Part shown: positions 25,913-32,761 of the stretch, piece by piece
Layout: every line of letters starts with the position of its first letter
How positions within the stretch are numbered: the first letter of the stretch is position 1
Virus record (IMG/VR): IMGVR_UViG_3300045988_072973
DNA: 37,115 nt
From: a virus
Direction: 5' to 3' (one strand)
Made by a program: the position numbers and the translations under genes
The notes under the pieces: generated by a model
Databases searched by the model: none
Seen by the model: the letters and a program-made list of their open reading frames with translations, nothing else
Told to the model about the DNA's origin: nothing

Positions 25913-26893
25913 TCAGAATAACGTTGAACTTTGTGATTCATATACAGCTCGTTCAAGGTTCTTTACCGCCTGTGCATAGTACGAATCTTTCAGTTCGATG
26001 CCAATGTACTTTCTTCCCATTTTTACGGATTGATAGCCTTCTGACCCGATGCCCATAAACGGTGACAGCACGATATCTTCTGGATTTGACCACAGCTCCA
26101 CCCCGCGGGCGATTACGTCCAATTGGAGCGGCGCGATGTGTCTTTCATCGTCTTTATCCCTCGCCTGCTGTCTGTTGAGTGTGTTTGACTGGTCGATATC
26201 CATCCATACGGGGGATGCGTATTTCCGCCATGTGTGATGAGAATACGTCGGATCAAGCCGGCTCATAGATATATTTTTGTGGATTTCACTGTTCTTCAGT
26301 GTGGCCGCTCTTTTCGGTGCATTTGGCTCGTTCTCTCCATAGAACCGTGTCAATCCGTCTTTGTGTGTGATGAGTTCCGGATTGTTCCCCGGTTTCCTCA
26401 TTGTAATCAGATAATCCGGCAGTCCGTTTCTACACATACTGCTGTCTTTCATAAGCTGTTTATGCATAAGTCCGATGGCTTTTGTTCTTGTTGCTTCTAT
26501 CAGCGGGTCTTTCCATATCGTTACTCTTGAGTGATAGATAAATCCGTATTCTTCAAAAAGCCGTATCATGTCTCCCGGAAAATCTTTCAGTCCGATGTAT
26601 CCGTCCCGTTCTTTCATCGCTGGTATGTCCATGCAGTGGATAGATATATTTCTTCCTGGTTTAAGGACTCTTGCTAATTCGCTTACAAGGAAACGGAAAT
26701 GTGTATAAAATTCATCGTCGTTTTTGCTGTTTCCCATGTCTTCCAGATAGTTGCTGTACGTGTACAGTGACGAAAACGGCGGAGAAAAGATGGAATAATC
26801 GATGGAATTATCTGGGATGCCTTTGATTACTTCGCAGCAGTCTCCGTGATAAATCGAGTACTTCTCTTGTATTTCCTGATGCAGTATATTCAT
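25913..26893 (-). CDS. Beta-class N4/N6 DNA methyltransferase
   Basis: The SPPF catalytic motif (IFSPPFSS) precedes the C-terminal FxGxG (SPFMGIGSEG). Start moved to ATG 26893 (AAGGAG + 7 nt, ATGA overlap with the SNF2 stop). Confidence 0.85.
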   Translation of the reverse strand: MNILHQEIQEKYSIYHGDCCEVIKGIPDNSIDYSIFSPPFSSLYTYSNYLEDMGNSKNDDEFYTHFRFLVSELARVLKPGRNISIHCMDIPAMKERDGYIGLKDFPGDMIRLFEEYGFIYHSRVTIWKDPLIEATRTKAIGLMHKQLMKDSSMCRNGLPDYLITMRKPGNNPELITHKDGLTRFYGENEPNAPKRAATLKNSEIHKNISMSRLDPTYSHHTWRKYASPVWMDIDQSNTLNRQQARDKDDERHIAPLQLDVIARGVELWSNPEDIVLSPFMGIGSEGYQSVKMGRKYIGIELKDSYYAQAVKNLERAVYESQSSTLF

Positions 26894-28275
26894 GCTGTTT
26901 CTCCTTTCAGCCATTCTGGCAGTCTCATTGCGGTATGCGGTTCATACCTGCTCTGCTGTCTTTTTGTGCTTCGTATATTGTTTTCTGTGATGTGCTGTGT
27001 AGCTTGTATCATGCCTTTCAGCATGCATTCAAAATCCTGCTCTTTTCTTCTGATGTTTGCGACAACGGCTCCCTCTGTATCCGCTACGACAAAATAGACA
27101 TTGACCTCGTGTGTCTGCCCGAACCTCCAGCACCGCCGGACCGCTTGATAATATTGTTCAAAACTGTCAGATAAGCCCACAAATATCATGTTGTGACAAT
27201 GCTGCCAGTTCATGCCAAATCCGCAGATAGACGGCTTGGATATAAATACACGGATTTTCCCGTCGCTGAAATCTTCCATCATCTGTGTTTTGTATTCCGC
27301 CTTGTCAGATCCTTTGACTTCTACCGCCCCCGGTATAGCCGCTTTCAGTGCTTCTCCTTCGGCGTTGAGATTGCACCATATAAGCCATGTGTCTTGTGAT
27401 TGATTGACCAGTTCGGCGGCAGCCGCCACTCTTTGCATGATGCTTTCCCGTCTTGCCTGTTGCCGTTCCTGCAATGTTGACGCTTCCACCGGAAACAGAA
27501 ATCCATCCATTGTTTCTGTCTGTACGGTCACCTGCTGGATGGTGAGCGGCGGCAATTCAAATTTTCTTCCGTCATATCCTAAGTCTGTCGGGTTTGTCAT
27601 CATGACCGCCCATGAAGATACCCATTCCCAAAAATCGGAGACGGCGTGTCCCTTTAGTCTCCATTTGCTCGTATTGCTCCCGTCGTGGATAAAGAACATG
27701 GCAAGCATTTCCAATTCTGTCATGATTCCTAAAAATTCGGAGTGGTTTCCTAATTCCATATAGTCATTCGGTGCCGGTGTGGCGGTGCATGCTAAACGGA
27801 ATGGAACGTCTCTTGATTTATTGATGAGTTCGGTACGGATTTTCCCCGTCTGTGATTTGAGAATAGATGACTCGTCCAAAACCAGTCCGTGAAAACGTCC
27901 GAAATCAAATTTATCCATTTTTTCATAGTTTGTAATATTGATCCCTGGTCTGACGTCTTCATTAGATGTTGCAACATGGACTGCCAGCCCCATTTTTTCT
28001 CCTTCTTTGACTGTCTGATGGTCTACAGCAAGCGGAGCCAATATCAGCACGTCTCCACCGACAACTGATGCCCATGCCAATTGCATTCTTGTCTTTCCTA
28101 ATCCTGTTCCCGCGAAGATGGCGCTCCTACCTTTTGCTACTGCCCATCTGACGATATCCACCTGGTAATCAAATAGGCTCGGAAATTTCTTCTTGATTGT
28201 TTCTACCGGCATCTCTATTCCGCATGTCTTGGCTGAAAATTCTTTTGATTTCAAAAATTCTATGTATGATTTCAT
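26890..28275 (-). CDS. SNF2-family helicase
   Basis: GTGLGKT (motif I), LVLDESS (motif II) and a helicase-C region ending ...QAVRRCWRFGQ. Start moved to ATG 28275 (MKSYIEF, ATGA overlap with the rep stop). Confidence 0.85.
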   Translation of the reverse strand: MKSYIEFLKSKEFSAKTCGIEMPVETIKKKFPSLFDYQVDIVRWAVAKGRSAIFAGTGLGKTRMQLAWASVVGGDVLILAPLAVDHQTVKEGEKMGLAVHVATSNEDVRPGINITNYEKMDKFDFGRFHGLVLDESSILKSQTGKIRTELINKSRDVPFRLACTATPAPNDYMELGNHSEFLGIMTELEMLAMFFIHDGSNTSKWRLKGHAVSDFWEWVSSWAVMMTNPTDLGYDGRKFELPPLTIQQVTVQTETMDGFLFPVEASTLQERQQARRESIMQRVAAAAELVNQSQDTWLIWCNLNAEGEALKAAIPGAVEVKGSDKAEYKTQMMEDFSDGKIRVFISKPSICGFGMNWQHCHNMIFVGLSDSFEQYYQAVRRCWRFGQTHEVNVYFVVADTEGAVVANIRRKEQDFECMLKGMIQATQHITENNIRSTKRQQSRYEPHTAMRLPEWLKGETA

Positions 28276-29108
28276 GTTCTTCTCCTTGGCTTGTCTCTTG
28301 CCTGTTTCACAGTACATTCTTTTTTCTTCTTCGGTACTCTTGACTGTGTAATCGGCCATACGTTCCTTTCGTTCACTTTGTACATTCTGTAAAACTGGTA
28401 AGGAAATCCGTCCGCTGTGTAGCCGCTTTCTACTTTGACTATCTGGTATCCCTTTCTCGGTGTCGGATTGTCTTTCCATTTCCGTGCGTAGATTGTTACC
28501 TTTTTCACATTTGGCTGCTTCAGATTTTTAGACGGCACCCATCGGATTTTTTGTACGGCGGTTTCATTTCGGATTTCTTCATCGGTTTCTTTTACAAAAT
28601 ATTCCGCAAGTCTCATGCAGTCTTCCGGGCTCCCGTCAAAATACCTGAATGATCTGTAATTGAATTTTGCCCATGGCCAGCAATCATTAATTTCTGATCT
28701 TGATATTCCGCAGTCATTAATCAAGACGTGATGATGGACTCGATGGCAGACATGTTCTGTGACGTAGATGTATTTCAGTTCCGCATTTTTCTTTTTATAT
28801 TTTTTGCGGAGGTCTCTGATAAATTTTCTTATTCTGTTTTTTGCTTCTTCTGCTGTCGGCTCCGGATTTGCATATGTCAAGTCAATACGCAGATCATCTC
28901 TTTTGAAATTCGTTGCTATGAGCCGATAGAGTTTTGTTTTCGCCCGGCGGGAGTTTCTTTTCTTGAGTCCCTTATCTGTTTTTTGAATATTGGGACCTCT
29001 GACTCTGTTACCCCCTAATCGATATGTGTGATATTTTTTCACTTCATAAATTCCGGGGGCTTGAAATATTTCTTTTCGGTACGGCACTTTTTTAAATTCC
29101 TGTTCCAA
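28272..29108 (-). CDS. HUH rolling-circle replication initiator (Rep)
   Basis: Motif I-like RIDLTY, HUH motif HRVHHHVLIN and motif III YxxK (AEYFVKE). The only starts are TTG 29108 (no SD) or GTG 29087. Confidence 0.65.
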   Translation of the reverse strand: MEQEFKKVPYRKEIFQAPGIYEVKKYHTYRLGGNRVRGPNIQKTDKGLKKRNSRRAKTKLYRLIATNFKRDDLRIDLTYANPEPTAEEAKNRIRKFIRDLRKKYKKKNAELKYIYVTEHVCHRVHHHVLINDCGISRSEINDCWPWAKFNYRSFRYFDGSPEDCMRLAEYFVKETDEEIRNETAVQKIRWVPSKNLKQPNVKKVTIYARKWKDNPTPRKGYQIVKVESGYTADGFPYQFYRMYKVNERNVWPITQSRVPKKKKECTVKQARDKPRRRT

Positions 29109-29133
29109 GAATTAACTACTATATCAAGTCCTC

Positions 29134-29158
29134 AAAAGGGGCTGAACTCCCCTTTTTT
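29134..29158. terminator. Bidirectional-type hairpin AAAAGGGG-ctgaact-CCCCTTTT(TT) between the antisense-RNA target and the rep start (attenuator candidate)
   Basis: Read directly. A-tract, GC stem and T-tract. Confidence 0.45.
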
Positions 29159-29159
29159 C

Positions 29160-29188
29160 TTGACATTTTGTGCCGTTTCACTTATAAT
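29160..29188 (+). promoter_or_regulatory. Perfect sigma-70-type promoter TTGACA-17 nt-TATAAT on the plus strand
   Basis: TTGACA 29160-29165 and TATAAT 29183-29188. Confidence 0.7.
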
Positions 29189-29194
29189 TTATGT

Positions 29195-29252
29195 AGTGGT
29201 TTGGTGCTACGGCACTTCCGCTCAGGGTTCTTCTCTGAGCGGTTTTATTTTT
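29195..29252 (+). ncRNA. Predicted ~55-nt antisense RNA (countertranscript) opposite the rep leader
   Basis: Bounded by the consensus promoter and the plus-strand terminator CCGCTCAG-ggttcttct-CTGAGCGG-TTTTATTTTT (29218-29252). Confidence 0.5.
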
Positions 29253-29466
29253 CTTCTTTTTCGTTGTTTTCTTCTGGCTCTTCTGTCTTTTCCCGATATA
29301 TACATCTCTGCAAAAAGTCCAGATAATGTTCGCATTTTCTACAGTGCTTCTGGCATATATTGGCTTTTTCTTTTCTGCAGCATACGGTCTGGAATACTTT
29401 CGATTTGCATACACGGCATTTCCTGTTGCGGTAAACTTCTACTGTTTTTCCGCCTGCTAATTTCAT
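29245..29466 (-). CDS. Cys-rich (zinc-ribbon-like) small protein, 73 aa
   Basis: MKLAGGKTVEVYRNRKCRVCKSKVFQTVCCRKEKANICQKHCRKCEH... The start has an ATGA overlap with the upstream stop. Confidence 0.55.
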   Translation of the reverse strand: MKLAGGKTVEVYRNRKCRVCKSKVFQTVCCRKEKANICQKHCRKCEHYLDFLQRCIYREKTEEPEENNEKEEK

Positions 29467-29690
29467 GACTGCCATTCTATGCTCACTCTTTCTTTTCTGT
29501 CCCCGCTTTGGACGATCCAATGTCCGCGGGGATTTTTTATTATCTTGAATTTTCGTCCGCCGGATGATGTATATGTGTTGTTTTCATCCATAAAAAATAC
29601 CGGCATTTCTTTCTGTGGTATCAGCCGTTCTTTATCCGGTGTTTCTTCTATCAGCCAGCCGATAGGATGCTTCCGGACGTTGTCCCACAA
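29463..29690 (-). CDS. Hypothetical protein. Protein-like frame with no ATG (possible TTG start, or a +1 continuation of the upstream ORF).
   Basis: WDNVRKHPIGWLIEETPDKERLIPQKEMPVFFMDENNTYTSSGGRKFKIIKNPRGHWIVQSG. No SD seen. Confidence 0.3.
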   Translation of the reverse strand: MWDNVRKHPIGWLIEETPDKERLIPQKEMPVFFMDENNTYTSSGGRKFKIIKNPRGHWIVQSGDRKERVSIEWQS

Positions 29691-29700
29691 AAGATATATG

Positions 29701-30108
29701 TCAGTACTTCGCCCACTTGGGCTTCTTCGGAATACATCCTGCTCTTTTCTTTTTGATTCTTCGTTCTTCTTCCGTTTTATAAAGTTCCTGCAGTTCCATT
29801 TCATGTTCTTTTCTCCATTCTTTAACCGCATGACAGTTAAGGTATGTTTTGATTTGTTCATCCATGTATTGTTTTCTCGTGCCGGAGAGTCCGTGTGCTT
29901 TGAAACGGTGCGTTTCGTATGACAGATGGATAAGATTATCCTCTTTGTCCGGTCCCCCGCTGCCCGCGTGTTTCGCATGGTGGACTTCCCCGCGCGACGG
30001 CGGCCACTCTCCGATAATAGACTGGTATGTTTCCGCCAGCTCCTCGTCCCTTTGTTTGACAAGCCGGCATAGTTTTCGGAATGCCGCTTCCGGTAGTTTG
30101 AATCTCAC
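29701..30108 (-). CDS. HNH-like nuclease-fold protein, 135 aa
   Basis: GEVHHAKH...NLIHLSYETHRFKAHG. Start moved to GTG 30108 (AAGGAG + 6 nt, GTGA overlap with the upstream stop). Confidence 0.5.
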   Translation of the reverse strand: MRFKLPEAAFRKLCRLVKQRDEELAETYQSIIGEWPPSRGEVHHAKHAGSGGPDKEDNLIHLSYETHRFKAHGLSGTRKQYMDEQIKTYLNCHAVKEWRKEHEMELQELYKTEEERRIKKKRAGCIPKKPKWAKY

Positions 30109-30275
30109 TTTTTTCTCCTTTTCTTTGAATATCTCCATGTTTCATCGGCTCGATAAACGTAGAATGAACAATCCCGATGGACAGGAACCATGTTTCCTTT
30201 TCCGTCTTTCGTCCACATCACATATTCGGCGGGAATTGCTTTCCCGCACTCGTGGCATATCAGTCTACGCTGCAT
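30105..30275 (-). CDS. Small zinc-ribbon-like protein, 56 aa (below the ORF-track cutoff)
   Basis: MQRRLICHECGKAIPAEYVMWTKDGKGNMVPVHRDCSFYVYRADETWRYSKKRRKK, with CxxC...HxxC. Confidence 0.5.
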   Translation of the reverse strand: MQRRLICHECGKAIPAEYVMWTKDGKGNMVPVHRDCSFYVYRADETWRYSKKRRKK

Positions 30276-30613
30276 ATTTCCCCCGTCGGTTTCATTTCAT
30301 AGATCTGCATATCCATTACATACGCAGCGGCATATTCTTGATTGCACCCCTGGCTTTTTTCCCAGTCTCCACAGAGTATCAGCGCATTGCATCGCTGCAG
30401 CACTTCTAAGCAGTCTTTCATCGGCTTATGCTGATGCTCCTTGTCATATGGTGCATATCCCCAATTGTGCAATGGGGAAAACAATGTTTTTTCTGGGTAT
30501 TTCGCTTGCAACATTTTTAAATATGTCTGTACTCTTTCTTTGTTCTTCTCATCGCCTCCGTAAGGGTGAGCGATGTAGAGTAACTGACCTTCTATATATT
30601 CTCTTTTTCCCAT
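30260..30613 (-). CDS. DUF4406 / nucleoside 2-deoxyribosyltransferase-like protein
   Basis: LLYIAHPYGGDEKNKERV...LFSPLHNW...ALILCGDWEKSQGC. Start at ATG 30613 (AAAGGAG + 7 nt). Confidence 0.45.
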   Translation of the reverse strand: MGKREYIEGQLLYIAHPYGGDEKNKERVQTYLKMLQAKYPEKTLFSPLHNWGYAPYDKEHQHKPMKDCLEVLQRCNALILCGDWEKSQGCNQEYAAAYVMDMQIYEMKPTGEICSVD

Positions 30614-30852
30614 TCCCGATCTCCTTTCTCCATTTTCGCAAGAAGGCACTTTTCCATCGTATCAATAACTCTTTTTCTGACTTCTGGATCACGGCTACTC
30701 ATCATTCCTATCAGTTCCGGCGGACACTGGTCACGGTATAGCTCGTTAATCGCAACGGCAACTGCTAATGAAAAGAATTTATCGTCGAAGCCTTTTACTG
30801 CGATATCGTATTGTTTCAGCTCGTTATCTGCTTGTATCTTCAGCTCGTACAT
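30592..30852 (-). CDS. Hypothetical protein, 86 aa
   Basis: ORF track. SD GAGGGA lies 8 nt upstream. Confidence 0.5.
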   Translation of the reverse strand: MYELKIQADNELKQYDIAVKGFDDKFFSLAVAVAINELYRDQCPPELIGMMSSRDPEVRKRVIDTMEKCLLAKMEKGDREWEKENI

Positions 30853-31108
30853 TCGGGATTTCCCTCACTTTGACAACGATTTCTTGTCCGGGCTGTAATG
30901 TTCCCGGGTCTTTGATATTGTTTTCTTTCGCGGTTCTCCAGACTAACTCTTGGAGATTTTCCCGCCCGCCGGAAACGCGGTCACATACATCCCATAAGGT
31001 TTCTCCCTTTGAAATGTTCACCGCGTATGAGATTGCCGGTGGCTCTGGCTGTACTGCGTACCCTGCGATACCGACAGTAATCATGAATGCGGTTAGGAAT
31101 TTATGCAT
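30824..31108 (-). CDS. Membrane-anchored LysM-domain protein (YneA-like architecture), 94 aa
   Basis: N-terminal hydrophobic helix plus a LysM motif (ISKGETLWDVCDRV...IKDPGTLQPGQEIVV). Start at ATG 31108 (GGAGAA + 6 nt). Confidence 0.65.
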   Translation of the reverse strand: MHKFLTAFMITVGIAGYAVQPEPPAISYAVNISKGETLWDVCDRVSGGRENLQELVWRTAKENNIKDPGTLQPGQEIVVKVREIPNVRAEDTSR

Positions 31109-31187
31109 GATAACTTCTCCGCGACCGCAATCATCATTGTCACGAAAACCGCCAGCCATAAATAATTCATCATTTTATCTACCATTT

Positions 31188-31430
31188 TTACGCCCTCATC
31201 TTTCTAACTTCCGCCCGGAAATTATATCCGCTTTGTTTCATCTTCCGTTTCTGCGCATTCTCTTCCATTTTCCGCCGGATAGCCGATTCCGCATCTTTCG
31301 GATCAAACAGATACGCCTTCCCTGATGGAATGAACGGTATCTCTCCTATCCTGCATAGTGCCCGTATTGTTGTAACCGGATATCCGGTTGTCTTACAGAA
31401 ATCTTTTGTATTCGTAAGCATACTTATCAC
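31188..31430 (-). CDS. HTH DNA-binding protein (excisionase/MerR-like), 80 aa
   Basis: TKDFCKTTGYPVTTIRALCRIGEIPFIPSGKAYLF. Confidence 0.6.
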   Translation of the reverse strand: MISMLTNTKDFCKTTGYPVTTIRALCRIGEIPFIPSGKAYLFDPKDAESAIRRKMEENAQKRKMKQSGYNFRAEVRKMRA

Positions 31431-31450
31431 CTCTCTCTTTTTTGTTTGAT

Positions 31451-31480
31451 TTGCTTAATACATCTCCCCCGCCCTATAAT
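31451..31480 (+). promoter_or_regulatory. Candidate promoter TTGCTT-18 nt-TATAAT for the plus-strand gene at 31506
   Basis: Read directly. Followed by the very strong SD AGGAAGGAGGTGA. Confidence 0.45.
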
Positions 31481-31505
31481 TTGAACAGGAAGGAGGTGAA
31501 CTAAT

Positions 31506-31718
31506 ATGAATCCAATTGAAATTAGGTTCAAGCTGAACGGTAAAGTGTCTGATATAACTCCTGAGATACATACCGAAAAACCAGGATACATGCATCATCG
31601 ATATTCGTATAAAGGTAAAATCATAGCTGAAACGATTATTGATAGTAGCAATACTTTTATTAAGACAGATTACAGATTCAGCCTCATTGACGGCATGATC
31701 GTCATTTTTGTTGAGTAG
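31506..31718 (+). CDS. Hypothetical protein, 70 aa, oriented against the early operon
   Basis: GGAGGTGA lies 7 nt before the ATG. Has its own candidate promoter. Confidence 0.6.
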   Translation: MNPIEIRFKLNGKVSDITPEIHTEKPGYMHHRYSYKGKIIAETIIDSSNTFIKTDYRFSLIDGMIVIFVE

Positions 31719-31914
31719 CCAATGCTATGCGTGGATTGTCGTTTTGGTCGAAAACGACAAGTCGATTAGAACACACAAGTATATGGTCTTTAAACTGGAT
31801 AATTTCACTATCGCCCAGTTTTAAAGATGGAGCTCCGTTGCCGCGGGGCTCTTTTTTTATAAACGCTCTTAACTCTTCTGCGTTTCCTTCTATCGTTACT
31901 TTCATCCTTTTCAC
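31702..31914 (-). CDS. Hypothetical protein, 70 aa
   Basis: ORF track. Its 3' end overlaps the convergent plus-strand gene by 17 nt. Confidence 0.5.
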   Translation of the reverse strand: MKRMKVTIEGNAEELRAFIKKEPRGNGAPSLKLGDSEIIQFKDHILVCSNRLVVFDQNDNPRIALATQQK

Positions 31915-31944
31915 CTCTCTTCCTTTCTCTCAAAAATATATTTT

Positions 31945-31961
31945 GTATCTTTTTAGGATAC
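31945..31961. promoter_or_regulatory. Operator-like site O3: GTATCTTTTTAGGATAC
   Basis: Same 17-bp family (GTrTC-N7-GAyAC) as the sites in the switch region. Confidence 0.5.
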
Positions 31962-32174
31962 TCTTTCGTTAAAAAAAATAGCGTCTATTTCTTCCGGCTT
32001 TAATTTATACCTATCTTTTATAAAAAGTATTTCTGCCTGTCGAAAATCTGCCCCACCGTTGATTTTTAGATTTAATCGAGATAGGCTTATCCCTAACGCA
32101 TTCGCTAAATCTTTTTGACTATCTCCATATTTCATCATTTCTGCCCTCATCAATGGTTTATTCATTTTTTTCAC
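31953..32174 (-). CDS. Cro-like XRE-family HTH protein, 73 aa
   Basis: SQKDLANALGISLSRLNLKINGG. First gene of the leftward operon, divergent from the repressor. Confidence 0.75.
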   Translation of the reverse strand: MKKMNKPLMRAEMMKYGDSQKDLANALGISLSRLNLKINGGADFRQAEILFIKDRYKLKPEEIDAIFFNERVS

Positions 32175-32188
32175 CTCACTTTCTTTTA

Positions 32189-32205
32189 GTGTCTTTTCAG
32201 GACAC
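32189..32205. promoter_or_regulatory. Operator-like site O2: GTGTCTTTTCAGGACAC
   Basis: Matches O1 at 13 of 17 positions. Lies just downstream of the leftward -10. Confidence 0.55.
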
Positions 32206-32209
32206 CTTG

Positions 32210-32238
32210 ATTGTATATCTGTTTTTGTATCTTGTCAA
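32210..32238 (-). promoter_or_regulatory. Leftward early (lytic) promoter TTGACA-17 nt-TACAAT
   Basis: Minus strand: TTGACA 32238-32233 and TACAAT 32215-32210. Confidence 0.65.
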
Positions 32239-32243
32239 GATAC
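32227..32243. promoter_or_regulatory. Operator-like site O1: perfect palindrome GTATCTTG-T-CAAGATAC
   Basis: Read directly. Overlaps the -35 of the leftward promoter. Confidence 0.65.
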
Positions 32244-32249
32244 TTTTTC

Positions 32250-32277
32250 TTGTTTTCAAAAAATTTTATGGTATAAT
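32250..32277 (+). promoter_or_regulatory. Rightward repressor promoter TTGTTT-16 nt-(TGg)TATAAT (extended -10)
   Basis: TTGTTT 32250-32255, TG 32269-32270 and TATAAT 32272-32277. Confidence 0.6.
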
Positions 32278-32291
32278 CAAGACACGAAAGG

Positions 32292-32750
32292 ATGGTGATG
32301 CATATGGAATTTAAAGATATCCTTTATACTTTAAGAAAAAAGAATAAGCTAACACAGCAGGAAGTTGCAGAATATGTAGGTTTGCAAAAAGCAGCTATAT
32401 ACAAATATGAACACGGCTTGCTTGTTAATCCCAAACGATCATTGATTTCAAAATTGGCTAAGTTATTTCAAGTTACCCCATCGTATATGATGGGATTAAC
32501 CGATGATGATAAGTCTGCTCATATGTCTCTTGGCACCTCCCTTACCAAAAAGGATGAAAAAGATATTCAAAAAAGGCTGTCCGATATTTTAAATGATATG
32601 GACGGTCAGGATTCTATTGCTATGTATAACGGCGGAGAACCGATGGATCCCGAAACACGGGAGTACATGAAAGCATCTCTTGAAAATGCTCTCCGCTTTG
32701 CAAAATTAAAAGCTAAAGAAAAGTTTACTCCAAAGAAACATCGTAAATAA
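32292..32750 (+). CDS. CI-like XRE-family repressor
   Basis: N-terminal HTH LTQQEVAEYVGLQKAAIYKYEHG plus a C-terminal domain. Alternative starts at 32298 and 32304. Confidence 0.8.
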   Translation: MVMHMEFKDILYTLRKKNKLTQQEVAEYVGLQKAAIYKYEHGLLVNPKRSLISKLAKLFQVTPSYMMGLTDDDKSAHMSLGTSLTKKDEKDIQKRLSDILNDMDGQDSIAMYNGGEPMDPETREYMKASLENALRFAKLKAKEKFTPKKHRK

Positions 32751-32761
32751 AGGATTACATC

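Noticed and set aside
29701-30145. N-terminal two-thirds of the 199-aa ORF (29463-30062) and the 69-aa ORF 29936-30145
   Set aside because: They are Arg/Lys/Ser-rich off-frame translation overlapping the HNH-like ORF, which has recognisable motifs and a good SD and start.
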